A stretch of 61,299 bases of DNA, filler included, from Sphacelaria rigidula (GCA_964200075.2; 6 parts of 6 records of this genome joined end to end with filler, not necessarily neighbours in it), one strand, 5' to 3'; shown: positions 1 to 12,995, counted from the whole stretch's first letter. Numbers and translations: made by a program. Notes: generated from the sequence alone by a model not told the origin.

Positions 1-3000
1 GTTCCGTGTAACTGATGGATTGCCCAAATGCCATATGTACCTTGATGATGCGGTGTGCCACGACTCCACACCGGCCGAACACGTCGAACAGTTGGCATCA
101 TTCTTCAATCGGTTTGAACAACACAACTTGAAACTCGCACCCTCCAAATCCCGCATTGGCGCCACGAAGATTGAGTTCTTGGGTCATTGCATCACCCCCG
201 AAGGTCGTAGCCCAAACCTCGACAAGGTCGCCGCACTCTCCGATATGCCCATGCCACGGGACATTTCTCAACTGCGTTCCTTGTTGGGAGGTCTAAGCTA
301 CTACAGATAATACTTGCCAAATGTTGCCCAAGGGCTAAAACCCCTCACCACCCTCCTCAAAAAAGGGGTGAAATTTGTGTTCACATTGGAAATGGAAAAA
401 ACCGTCCGCCGCCTCCTCGACACCCTTTCGCGCCCGCCGATTCTCGTCTTCCCCGACTGGTCGGCCGCGGAGCAGGGTTCCCGCCCTTTCCGGCTCCACA
501 CAGATTCTTCCAAAATTGGGTTTGGCTGCACATTAGAACAAGAGCAAGTCGATGCTGCTGTTTGTCCCACTGTCTATCTGAGTCGCACCACTTTTCCGAA
601 TGAACAGAATTGGTCTGTCATGGAACAAGAGGCCGGCGCAGTTGTTTGGGGCGTGCGACGTCTGCGTCGGTATTCGTATGACATCCCGTTTTTGATTTTT
701 ACCGATCATACGTCTTTGGAAAGCCTTGCCAAAATGGCGGAACACAACGCTAGGGCCCAACGCTGGTTCGAAATCCTGTCGTCTTACAACTTTCAACTGA
801 AGTACCGCACAGGTCCCCAGAATGCAAACGCCGACTTCCTGTCACGCTTGCCCACACCAGCTCAATGTATCGATGAATCCGCCATGGGACGTATCACCAA
901 TCCCACCGAAGACATTGTATATTTCATAAGCAGGAATGGGCATAGGGGTCTCTACACACCACTTTCAGATAGAAACGCCGGCTTTAGGCATGGGTGGGCT
1001 GACGACCACAGTCCACGCATCAGTCCTAGGCAGCTTGCAACCTCAATCGTTGTACTCAGTTTGGAATGGACTGTCTACGAATACTGTTGGCTATGATCAT
1101 TTTCGTGCAACTGGCCAGCTCATGGTTTTCGCAGCAGGTGTAGAACCGTCCTTTGCTGACTCCGTCTTACCAGTTCAACTTCGAGATTTGATTTCGAGTA
1201 GGACTCATGGACGGCGGACCGCCGAAACGGCCACCAAATTCGCCGTATCCGGTCCTGACCTTCCTCCCCCTGCCCCCACCACAGTCCCCGATGGTTTTCT
1301 TGCGCCCCCGCAGCCTCCGCGACGCAAGGCCCCCAAAAAATCGACCCCGACCATGCCGCCCCTGCCAACCATAGCCGAAACCACGGCTGTGCCCCCCTCC
1401 AGTGGTGATGATATTGCAAACACCACCACAACACCCTCCACGCTAATCGACGCAGGAGTAGACGTTCACGTTCCGTCTGAGAGTACACCAACTGGTAGGC
1501 TCACCCTTGATTCCGAAATCACCGCTTCGTGCAGACTCCGCCCCGAACCGACCCCACACGAAGTCGACGCTTCAACAGATGGTGCATTCAAGGAACGCTT
1601 GACTCTCTTCTCCCACGCCGATTGGGCCCGGGAACAACAGGCAGAACCTGCTTGTAAATCAGCTATCCAATATCTATCTAAAGCTTGTCCATATCCATTC
1701 TCAGAAACTGATTTTCTTTGCCGGTCGGGAATCTCAAAGCGCCCACACAGGATGAAGTTACTGAACTTTCAAGGAAAGGTATGCTACATACGGATGATGA
1801 TGGTATAGTTCTGTTTGTTCGCCGGCCCACAGCAGCCCTCCCCAGGGGGAAACCTACAAGTCGACATGCCCGCTTGCTAGGTGATGAACACGTCCGCATC
1901 TACGTCCCGATGCTACTGCGCCCATGGGTTCTACACGAATGCCATTCACAGACATCGACTCATTTAGGCGCCATGAGGACCTCCCAGATGTTGAAACGTT
2001 TGCATTGGTGGATTTGTATGGATCAATCTTGTCGTTGGTGGGTGAGGCGTTGTGTTTTTTTTGTCAGGCACGAAAAAACTTCTCGTCAAACTGTTCGTTG
2101 GCCGATTGTTTCCATGTCACTCCCAAACGGGCCTGGTGAAGTAGTTTCGTGGGACTATTTTGGTCCTTTGCCCCTGACGGATAGTGGAAATAAGTATATT
2201 TTGTTGTTTACGGATAGGTTTAGTCGACATGCGATGATGCACGCCGCTCCCCCCAGTAGTTATACCGCGGAAGGTACCGCCAACATCCTTGTCTACATGT
2301 ACATCCCACTGTGGGGTGTGCCCAAACGCTTACTGTCTGACAACGGCCCGCATTTTTCAGGCAAACTTTCAGCCGCCGTCAGTGACCTTTTGGGTGCCCA
2401 TCGCATTTTTACTAGTTCATATCACCCCTCCACCAATGGTGGAACGGAACGAGTGAGCCATACGATGGCACAGATGCTTGCTGCTGTAGCAAATGAGAGA
2501 CAGATGGACTGGGATCTACACCTGCCCCTTGTCCAGATGAACTACAACAATTCAGTCAATGTCGCTACGGGATTGTCGCCGAATGACATTCATATTGGAC
2601 GCATGCCTAGGTTACCTTTAACGGTATTCGAACGCCAAAATACAGGTGGTCATCAGAGTCTGGATTGTGATGTTGCAGAGTATCATTTGTCGGTTAGCAA
2701 TCGTCTTCGTCTTGCACATGAAATGGTACGAGAACAGAACCAAATCAACTTGGCCAAGGTGGCCAGGGCGAACTCGATGTTGGATGATGTGGTGCATAAC
2801 CGCCCGGTGTGGAAGGTAGGCCAATGGGCATGGGTGTATAACGATGTGAAGACCATGAATACAGGGGCTAGCTCGAAATCATCATCTTTGGATAAAGTGT
2901 TGAAGGCGACCCTATCCTTGAATTGGACTGATCCTTGGGAAATTTTAGCTGTTGGTCCAAGCGCTACCGCACCCGACAAGAGTCCGGTGGGAGCGAAAAC

Positions 3001-3790
3001 TTTTGTTTTTAGATTTTCCCACGGATGAACCTGGTTTGAAACTGAAAAATCGCGTCTCGATGCTACGATGCAAACCGTGTATCCCTCCTCATGACTCCTC
3101 TGACATGCCTAAACAACTGCCGGTAGGGCTTAGCCAGTATGTGTTGACCAAGTATGCGATCAAAACTCCGCCGTATCATATGACGGTCGAGGATGCGGAC
3201 GCACCCCTGGAACGCGTTGAGATAGATAGGATTTCGGGTCATCAACTGGTTCGCGGTCGTGGAGGTAAGATAGCGGTAATGTATCAAACACATTGGAAGG
3301 GTATCATGCGTGTTACATAGGAGCGTGAGGTTGATTTGCGTCATTTTCGTCGGGAAATATTGCTGTACTGGGCAGGAGATACCGTCCAACACCGCCCGTT
3401 GAATAAGAGATATCGGGCGATGCCCCAGGGAGCTGCCGTTCGGGAACTGGCGCGTGAACACTCCGCGCGGTTTGTTGTGACAGGATATAGCCTTCTTTCG
3501 CGTTTACAATACGTGCAGTGTTTTCACGGAAAACGATTGCCGAAAGGGGCGTATTTTTGGTATAAGGTCTTGGATTCACTGCGGCGGTTGGGTAAGATTC
3601 ATTTGGTCGATCCTGCATCTGACAACTCCTACACTATCTGTTTCCTTGATGACCCGAGCCCCCTTAAGATTCGCTTGGATGATACGTACTACACCGAGGA
3701 GCCGACCGCTCGGAGGGGATCCTAGTGCCTCCAACGACACGACCAAGGCGAATTCGAAACAGCCGTTCTACGGAACACGGACACCGCTTG
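1..3790 (+). mobile_element. Ty3/Gypsy LTR retrotransposon pol, decayed (RT C-terminal half, RNase H, integrase, chromodomain, Tudor-like tail); 5' part outside the scaffold
   Basis: YLDD at ~38; IEFLGH and LRSLLGGLSYYR (RT); TDSSKIGFG, EQNWSVMEQEAGAVVW and FTDH (RNase H); HECH..H..C zinc finger, WDYFGP, SDNGPHF and NGGTERV (DDE integrase). The RT-RH-IN order identifies Gypsy. Stops at 308, 3318 and 3723 plus several frameshifts. Confidence 0.95.
3216..3340 (+). other. Chromodomain at integrase C-terminus (chromovirus-like), interrupted by TGG>TAG
   Basis: VEIDRISGHQLVRGRGGKIAVMYQTHWKGIMRVT*EREVDL matches the chromo pattern xEVExI..H....G...Y..KWKG....TWE...L. Confidence 0.7.
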
Positions 3791-6425
3791 GGATGCAAAT
3801 CACTCATGATGCCGCATCCGAGTCTGCTTCCCCATTCACCGTGCGTAGTGTACCGCGTTCGAGTCGCTTGTCTTGCACTGTAGCGTCGTTGGAAAACCAT
3901 GTGTTCCCCCCCCCTTCCCCTCGCGCTTGTAGTGGTTGATGTTGTCTTTTTTATCGGTATGTGGTCTTTCGTTTTTGTTTTTATATTTTTTTGTTGTGTT
4001 GTGTTTTGTTTTTTGTTGCTTTGAACCCTGATTTTGTGTTTCGGTTTTCTTTGCCTTCGCGTCAATTGTTTTGATTGTTTTTGTCTTTGTTCTTTTTTGT
4101 TTTTCTTCTCTTCTTTTCTTCTCTTTTTGCCTCGTGCTATGTTTTCGATTTTTTGTGTTCCATGGGTAGTTTTCTTGGTTAATCCTGGGTTCATCTGGCA
4201 AAGTACAAATGACGACCCTTCCATTCCTGACCCCGAGTCTGGAACCTTGAACCTCCGTCCTCCGCGCCGTACATTCACAACCATTCCGTCTACTGGAACA
4301 GTTGCCACGAGTTATGTATTTCTTCATTTTTTCATTGTACGCAGATCTTGTCTTGCTTTGTTATTACATGGTCTTTCTTTCGATTTGTTTGTTTCGATGG
4401 AAGAGTTTCCGGAGCAAGCGCTAGCCATACCTGACGCCCACGTCTGGAATATTTGCGCTCTTGTTCAATCGCTCCGCACGCGAATGCCGCCTCCCTCGTC
4501 GGGACCGGTCATGGCGTGCCTTTTTTCGTGTCATATGTTGTCGGTATTTTTTTTTATTTTTGTCTTTTCGGTTGAGAGTTTTAGGAGCGAGCGCTGCATA
4601 TACCTGACCTCCTCGTCTGGAATAATTGAGCTCTTGCCCAACCGCTCCGTACACGCATACCGCCTCCCCCTGCAGGATCGGTAATGACGTGTCCCCTTTT
4701 TGTGTGCGTACGACGTTGATTTTATATTGACATGGGTTGCCTGAAATGTTTTGATCTTCTTGGCTGAAACGTTTGACCCTGCTTACTTCATACACACGAT
4801 AACTGCTCCCGTTTACAAGGACGGTTGCCACGTGTTGTTTTTCTGCGTTATGTTGCGAATTTTCGTTTTCGCTGTTGCCCAGGGTGCCCCAAATTTTGTA
4901 TTTATTTTGGTTTTGGTTTCCGCGTCTATGTCGGGAATTTCGCCACGAGTGTTCCAACGTTCCTGACCCTCGAGTCTAGAACGCTTGGCCTACTTTTTTT
5001 GCGAATCCTGACGCATGTGACGGAACTCGTTTATAGGAGGGTCACGGGTAATGCGACGCGATGATTTATACTTTGGTAATTGATAAGTTACAACGAGGCC
5101 ACCACTGGCCGCGTCGTACATAGCGGTGTTGACGAATTTTTATTGAAGTCGCGGTAAGATCGGTTGTAAACGCCTCCTCATACGGGACCATCACGTATCA
5201 TGATGAGGTAGATCGCTCTTTCGGAACTGTCCGTTCCGCCATGTCGATACTCGACCGTTGGTACAGCCTACACGCTCAGAGTCCGCGCTCGCTATTTCTT
5301 CTGTCACTTTTACCAGTTTTTGCTTTTAATTACCCGCCCCTGAAATCGGTGGATGGTGTTTTGTTTTTATCAGGGGTTATTGGACGAAGTAACGTGACGG
5401 TACGACCGGCTGTGGGTTTTACTCCAGTTTGTGTTGGCGCCAGTCTCGTTTTAGTCCGAGCGGGCAAATACTGTGAGGAGTGGGCTGTGTTGGTCCTCTC
5501 TGTCCTGTGTATTTGTCGTGGTTCAGAAATGTGTTGGGTGGTCCGCCTCGGAACTACGTAGTAGGCCCGAAGGTTGTGTATAGTCCACCACGTTTCTTTT
5601 GACGTGTACGGACACCTGACCTCACAAACCGGTCAGTTGTTTTGGTATCGTCGTGTGAGAAAAAAAAAAATGCTGTACGACTGGATCATCAACCAGGCGT
5701 CCCCAGCAAGTCGTTGTTCTCACAAACAGGTACCGGCAATTAACTCACGTCAAACGAGTTGATTTGTCCGTATCATTCTATTTATTTTTATTTTTTATCA
5801 TCGTATGGTTTTCGCGGGAAACTACCATTTCCGCGACGAAATCGGCTGTACGTTGCTGGGTTTTGCTGATTGACTGGGACGAGTGATTGGCATAAACTTG
5901 GTTATCGGAGTGATATAATGCCTTGGCGGGCTTGCTTGTTTTTTACCAATGACCTAAAAACAAATCGGACATCCGGAAAAGAGTGGACTATTTATTCATG
6001 ATATAGTTATGGCAGGGTAGGATAAGCGTTTCAATGATGGGTCTCTGATTTCTTGTGGCTATCTCGGATATGCTCACGGCATTCTGAAGACACTGCATTT
6101 TGTGGTATATGGATTGGTTGTTGATTCTGGGTTTAATATATATATATATATATATTTGGATTTGCCATGACCCCGTCTGAAGAGCTCACGGAACATGAGG
6201 ACACCGAATCATTGCATCGGTTCGATTTTTTACTCTCTTTGCTTTGTGCTTGTGTTTGTATTTTCTTGTTTTTTTGTGTTGATCGCCCCTTCCCGTTCCC
6301 CGTACCAAAGAGGACTCGATCTTCAAATAAAGTCTCAGTTTTCTGTGGTATGGGAGAGGTGTGGCTCGATGCAAGTTCGTCCCTTCTGAAAAGTGACTGC
6401 ACTTGAACGATCCAGGGTGGGCTCA

Positions 6426-8566
6426 TGTGATGGTAAATGATCGAGTGCGTGAATCAAACTAGTTCTTTGGGAATTGCCAATGATACCCAGAAACGACCGG
6501 TGGGTATGAACCCAAGATTCCAGTCGAATGTGTGCTTGTGTATACAAGAATTGCATTGTTGAAGCCTTGATCCGGCCCCATGAGTCGGATGAGGATTGTA
6601 CCCGATTAGCCGTGTGTACCTGCTGCTACTACAGCTTTGATTGGCTTGAGGTACAGTGCGTCACGCTGATTTGTATGTGTATGACAAGATTGTATGCGTA
6701 GCTAGGAGCCTTCGAGGGTAATTGTGAGCAGCATCGCCCATGGAGTTCACTTGCGACCCACCAGCCAGAGAAGGACTTACCGTAGAACTAATCACAAGAA
6801 GGACCATCAGCTTTTCATCTGCTCTACGCGGCGTCTCACCTTTCTGGCCGGCAAGCCGTTCTCAAGAAGTGAGTAACGTATATCATAATCCCTTGATGTC
6901 AATTGGTGTTTCCTTTTCCGAAAGAGCTCGGTGCTTACTTTCAATAACAGCTGTCTGCTGTTGACAAGTGCCGTGTGCGAGAGAACCCTCCTGTTTGAGT
7001 TAACGAGTCGAAAACAGGACCAGTGGGTCACATACTCACCCATCTTGGGTGGTGGCTTGCTCTGCTAACGAATACGTCGACATTCATGGGGCTTCAGAGG
7101 TAGCTTGTTGCCTTGAGCTGTACGGTTTTCTCTCTCATTGGCTGCTGTGCACGCATCAGCCAACCGCAATCTTTCGTGTGCGTGTGTTTTTTTTTTCAAG
7201 TACTGTATTTTTGGCCCTTGTTCTTCACTTGATATTTGTGTACACGATTTATCGGTGTAACACACGCGGGTAATTAAACAGATTCTTGGACAGCTGTTTC
7301 TCTTTTACTCGGAGTTGGACATACACTCCGACACGAGCTCGCTGCAGGTCTTCGATGTGTCACACAGTACCCACGTTGGTTTCAGGCAATGGCGACCGAA
7401 CCACAAGGCGCTCCAGGTACAAGCGCACACGCAAGCCCTCTTTTGCTACACAACCAACCACCCCCCAAACATCCCGCGACCGCCCCTGCTTACAGTCCGT
7501 CGATTCTGTATCAACCGAATTGACCGATATGTGTCCCAACACACGCCAATATATGCTTGCAGGTAAAGAGTACGCGGGCTATTTCAATCGCAGCCCGCTG
7601 CGCAGACGATGTTTCTTCCAAACACGGACCGTTGAGCCACCATGCGCACCGAATTATATCGATGCGGCATGATGGACCAGGATGTTGTATGTACACGAGC
7701 ATGATTGAACACGGCGAGGCGCGAGGCTCATGTTACTTGTACACAAGCGCTCGACTCCGTACTGTTGTCACTTTTACACGGCACCAGTGTACACTACAGT
7801 TTGATTGTCTCCCCACCAACACAACTACTGCGGTGCGTACCAACCGCCCAGAATGCCGCGTACCTCCTGCGCTGAAATATTGTTCCGAATTGGAGTACTG
7901 ACAACAGTACAGCACCGTTTGAATTACAAATGGTCTCAGCGGGCAATATATTGCGGACGGTGAGGTGCCGTGCTGTATCATGCGTTGATACTGCTCCCCT
8001 ACCTAAACACAGCCATCTATATTGCAATCTCGATATGATCGCACACGGCGCGGGTATAACGTTGTGTCGGGTGTTTTTCATGGGATCCGAACAAATTGAC
8101 ATCGTACTGCACTGTCGACCACGCCGCTGCACCACGCGAAGATTATATGAACTGTACTGTGCCGCACAGCATTTTGCTGTCTCGTGCTTTGTACGCTGTG
8201 TTTGTACTGCACTATATATTTGTATTACGGTTGCGCTTGTACATTTATTGACTGTACCTGCACGATGATACGTGACCGATCCCCCGACTCGGCTATTTTC
8301 AGCGAACTACGCGGTACTGTAGTAAGTATCGCCAGCCGCGCTGATATTGCCTCTGGACATACGGCATCGGACAGTTTTGTTTTTTCTTCTCAATCTCAAC
8401 ATGTTCTCAACACAGAACTGAGTGGTTTGACGTTGCTGTTCGCTACATTCCATACGTATATCTCTTCATGGCATGCAGGTTTGTCCAATGCGCTATTCCG
8501 CTGGTGACAGTCACTGTATGTCTGTTGATTGTGACAACCTTCGTTTTCCCGTCTCTTGCTGTTACA
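6426..8566 (+). mobile_element. Probable 3' LTR (~2.14 kb) of the Gypsy element
   Basis: Starts TGTGATGG and ends ...GTTACA. Preceded by purine-rich AGGGTGGG (weak PPT). Homology to the reverse complement of 20876-23243 begins and ends at these termini. Confidence 0.65.
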
Positions 8567-10135
8567 ATTTATCCACCAACACACACACAAATGCGGTTTG
8601 TTGTGTGCCTTCGACATGTTTTTTCCCCTTTCGTCTGCACCTGACTGGAAAGGTGGTAGACCTCATGCATGTGCGGAGTGCGCGGAACTACATGTCGATC
8701 GACTGTCGACAGTACCCTGTCACTCTATGCCTTTTTATTTTTGTTCACTCCGCCTCAGTCCTCAACAACTGTGCTGTCTGTCTCCCACGACGAAACGTTC
8801 ACTTTTCAACCTCCGCATCTCTACGTTACCGATCTGGCGCAATTGCGCAAGTGTACGAGCCATGTCTGATATCAACCGCCCTTCGACTCCATCGGAGCAC
8901 GATGTCATGAAGGACGATGCGCTCCCTACAATGATAAAACAACCATACAGCCAACCCAAATCATGCGTAGTGAGACGGCTGGCAACAACGAACCGGAACG
9001 TTTCGATGTTGATGGTAGCGTCGTTGCAGGACGTATTTTCAGGGACGTCAGTGTGGATGAGGACAATCCTCCTTCACATGCTCACCCCACCCCCCTTCGT
9101 GCACACTCCCCTTTACACCAACCAGCCACTCGAAACGCAGGTGGTGTTACCACTTTTCATTCTCAGATGGCATCCCTCCAAGTGAGCCCTGATACTACGA
9201 AAACCTTTTCTGACGATGACCTCCGCACCCAAACCGGTGCCGAACCCTCTGATCGCCCCACTCTGGCTTTTGATACGCCACCCAAATCGGAACAATCCCT
9301 GCCCACGCGTGACGAAACACACGACCGGCTTCGGCCAAACCGCCCAGCCTTGATTCCCCCGCGTCATTTTCTTACAATTTTTCGGTCACGGAACAAAAAT
9401 GGTGCTGGGACCAGATTGATAACAGCAATCTAGCACAGCTTGAACGTGCGTTGAGAGAGTTGAAATTTGCCCGCCTCCAGGCGAGTGAACATGAGGGTTT
9501 TTCAGGGGTGCAAGCGCCTGCGCAGTTCTCCCGTGAGATAAATGTCCATCCCGAGAAAAAGCCAACGGAACAGAGCGAACTAGAGCGCGCGATACCCGAA
9601 TCCACGAAAGCTTTGGAAATTGCGGAGAAATAATGCAAACTGATAACACAAAGCCACTCAGACGCTTCGTATCCTTTTTCTCTATGTTGGCAAACCTGGT
9701 AGTCACAACTCCGTTCGTACGGTCGCTTACACCGCTAACGTTGTCCACCGCCTGACCCACCTGACCTGGCACACTTTCAACCACATGCACCGGCCCATTC
9801 ACAAAACGGTAGATGTTTACACATGAGTGAACCCAGTGCTGCGGCTGAACCCCGCCAGGGCGGTCCTCACACAGCACTGATGCTCACCTCACAACTCGAC
9901 AACCTTTTGGGAACGTTCTACAAGTTCCGGAGATTCCAAATAGTATCCAGTGGGGTAACCCAGGACGCTGTGGCGAAATCACGCCGTCACGATTGAGTAT
10001 ATAGTGGGTCCTGGATGATGACCAGGGGACAAGGGCATTTTATAGATGATGACTCTTGATGTGTAGCCCAGGCCAGATGGTACAGGGTTGCAGAGTTTTC
10101 ACGCCATGATAATGATAAGGTGTTGTAAAGGCTGA

Positions 10136-10235
10136 NNNNNNNNNNNNNNNNNNNNNNNNNNNNNNNNNNNNNNNNNNNNTTAATTAATTAANNNNNNNNN
10201 NNNNNNNNNNNNNNNNNNNNNNNNNNNNNNNNNNN
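10136..10235. other. Artificial scaffold linker N44-TTAATTAATTAA-N44
   Basis: Identical 100-bp spacer with stops in all six frames; recurs five times. Confidence 0.99.
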
Positions 10236-10512
10236 CCGCTCAATCCGGTATTTTCAAAACTCATACCTACGATACCTACGATACCACGGTATTTCGAGAT
10301 TTCGATACCTACCGTACCGGCCCAATCCCGTATTTTGAAATGCCATACATACGATACCTACGACACCAGGATTTTTCGAGATTTCGATACCTACCGTACC
10401 GGCCCAATCCCGTATTTTGAAATGTCATACGATACCTACGCATACCACGTTATGGGATACCCCGGTAAATACCGGGGGTACGCTCGGTACGGTACCTTAC
10501 CTACGGTGCCTG
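10236..10512 (-). mobile_element. End of a hAT-like non-autonomous element with an 82-bp tandem unit
   Basis: 82-bp unit starting at 10262, 10344 and 10426 (GATACCTAC-rich); terminus reads CAGGCACC on the minus strand. Confidence 0.45.
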
Positions 10513-10549
10513 TGCACTCCTTGTGTTGAGGGATCCAAACACGCAAAAT

Positions 10550-10665
10550 GTGTCCATTACTCTTTGCGTTAAGGGCTTCAAAACAACTAGGATGTGTCCG
10601 TCACTCTTTGCGTTAAGGGCTTCAAAACAAGCAACATGTATTTATCACTCTTCGCGTTAAGGACC
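10550..10665. repeat. 44-bp tandem repeat, ~2.6 copies
   Basis: Units at 10550, 10594 and 10638 share CACTCTTTGCGTTAAGGG-like cores. Confidence 0.85.
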
Positions 10666-11049
10666 CCCAAAATACGAAAAATGCATCTCGATCAAGTAAA
10701 AACGGATTTCGTCCGCAGTATTCTTGACATACAACAACGATGTAACTCATCGTACGGGCATGGGGCGATGAGCCTCTGAGTACACCTTCCGATCAATACC
10801 TGGCTCGTGTTGTCAATCGCGGAACCGCAGCGTCTACATAACCAAAGCTACGCTGGAAAGCCCTTGAAGAGAGCTTTCATTTGATTCATATTTCAGTGGG
10901 TGTACTCATGATCTTGCATGCCGTAGTACTGAGATGATTGACCTCGCATCCCTACAAAGCCGAATCAGAAGCCGCCGGGTTTTCGCCGGACCAGGCTCGT
11001 AATCAATCACCAAGCGCGAATCGCCCATCAATCACCAGGCGCGAAGCGC

Positions 11050-12170
11050 CGTGATGTGTTCGGCGAGTCGCATGAAAAGTGAGCTGCATCCTGCTAAGAT
11101 TGTCCTGCCCGAAGCGTACCGATTATTTTTCACATGGATGCCAGCCTCCAATGAGTTGCTTCATTCTCTGGTATCGCCACTTCCAGAAACAGCCACGAGT
11201 TACACCGTCTCATGGGTGTCTCGCCGTTCGATGGGTGGATTCGCGGAAACACTGAAGATAAAAACCAGAGCTTTCCTGAGCAGTGATGTTATATCCCCCG
11301 TCGCATTTGAACCACGTCAAGCCCGGGATGACGATCTAGGGTTTATGAGTATGTGTTCTGCCATCCCTTACAGTGTTATCCAAAGTCATGTATGCAAGTC
11401 TCGCCTTCTTGATGTTCACGACACTCTGGCCCAACTTCATCAGCGCCACCTCATCAAGAACTTCCAGACATGACGGCGGGGGACGGGGGGGTCCCTGCGC
11501 ATTGCATCCTCGAGACCGTGTATACGCGCATACCGCTCAACGTCACGCTCAAACAACACCCATGCGTGCGTGACTCTTGCGATGAATACCCCCCGCTTCA
11601 AGCACTCCGCTGTGTTCAGAATCCAGCAACACCAATATTGAGATAACGAGGACAACGGGCACGCACGCTAGTTCCACTCAACATGAGCGTACCACGGGTG
11701 TGGGGAGGTTGGCACCTGAAGCGCATCAGCGCGCGTTGCTTCTGTCCGTTCTCCTGGGTGATGGAATCGAATACCGAACGACTCTCTTGAAGCACTCCGC
11801 CGTCTACAGGATCAAGAGTAACCTATATTGAGATATCAGGACGAGAGATATCACACCAGATCCATCTAACAGGGACGTGCTTGGGGCATCGGGGCGTCGG
11901 TACTTGAAGCACCTAAGCGCGTTGCTTCCGCCCCTTCTCCTGGGTGATCGAACTGAACACCAATCGACCTACGGAGTGATTTGCCCCCTGCATCAAAATC
12001 CATCGGTACGTTTCCCGGGCGTCTTGGATCTGTCCCTTGACCCCGGCCGCTGCGCTCCCCGAAGGACTCGCTGCAGACACTAGCCTTGAAGCGTCGAATC
12101 TCTTCGTGTTCTTGTATAGGCACTGACTTGGTCTCGATACGCGTATCCTGCTCTGCAGCCGAGCCATTAT
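11050..12170 (-). mobile_element. Possible degenerate Copia-type gag remnant with an internal ~190-bp duplication
   Basis: Minus-strand fragments WVLFERDVERYARIHGLEDAM and KKARLAYMTLDNTV...SSSRAWR resemble a Copia gag N-terminus; duplicated blocks near 11595/11785 and 11715/11905. Confidence 0.3.
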
Positions 12171-12599
12171 CTTAACGGCTGTCCCACAGCACTCGTGGTA
12201 TTACCACGCATCCTCGAGAGAACGCAGCATTATTCTCACGAGGTCGCCCAGCTCCTACGAAACGGCCGACGCGACTTCATCTGGTTGGAGAAGCTGAACT
12301 ATGTTGGTGCGTTTTAGTCGCAAGAAGCATTGGTTACTTCCTAGCTCGTGCGTTGAAAATATTATTGTGTCTTTAATATCATCCACCCACCCAATCCGGC
12401 TCCCGCCGCCACGCACACGCCTCCGTGTTTCGTCATGTGCGTTCTAAGGTCTCGAGATTGAGTTGGAGAAACAGCACGTGGAGGGATACCACAACAGGAT
12501 TGCGTATTTCGGCAGGGTTTTGACTGGGGGTGGTGACAAGGGTGCAGCCGCTGGCTTCGATGATGCCGCTAGGACGATTCGATTGGTAGGAGTGTACGA

Positions 12600-12995
12600 A
12601 CATGGGGATTTCGTGCTGCGCAGGTGAAAGGGAATTGTGAAATCTCGGGGTCGACGTTCGTGTACAGGAGGGATCCCACCACAGTGCAGTCCTCCGAAGT
12701 ATGGGATCTCACCGCAATACCGTCATAACTACTCATCACATGTTCAATCCGCCACACTAGTATCGAGTATTTGCTCGATACCAGCTTAGTGCGGGGTCCT
12801 TGTGTAGTGCAGGTGTACTAGCATCGGGATTTTGTGCTGCGCAGGTAAGGGGATTCTGAAATCTTGGGGTCCACATTCGTGTACAGAAGGAATCAGACCA
12901 TAGTGTTGTCCTCCACCCCTAAAGTACGGAGTCCGCCACTATGTGGTGAAACATGGCTCGTCACTAGTCCCATTCGCCATACTAGTATCAAGGAA
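12600..12995. repeat. ~220-bp degenerate tandem duplication
   Basis: GGGATTT(C/T)GTGCTGCGCAGGT...TTCGTGTACAG...ACTAGTATC at 12606 and again at 12826. Confidence 0.85.

Noticed and set aside
3664-4684. Long Lys-rich and Phe-rich ORFs (3664-4308, 3836-4327, 4034-4684) as genes
   Set aside because: Explained by T-rich low-complexity sequence after pol; no domain motifs
10180-10191. TTAATTAATTAA palindrome recurring every ~10.2 kb as a regulatory or recombination site
   Set aside because: Always centred in 88 Ns; an assembly linker
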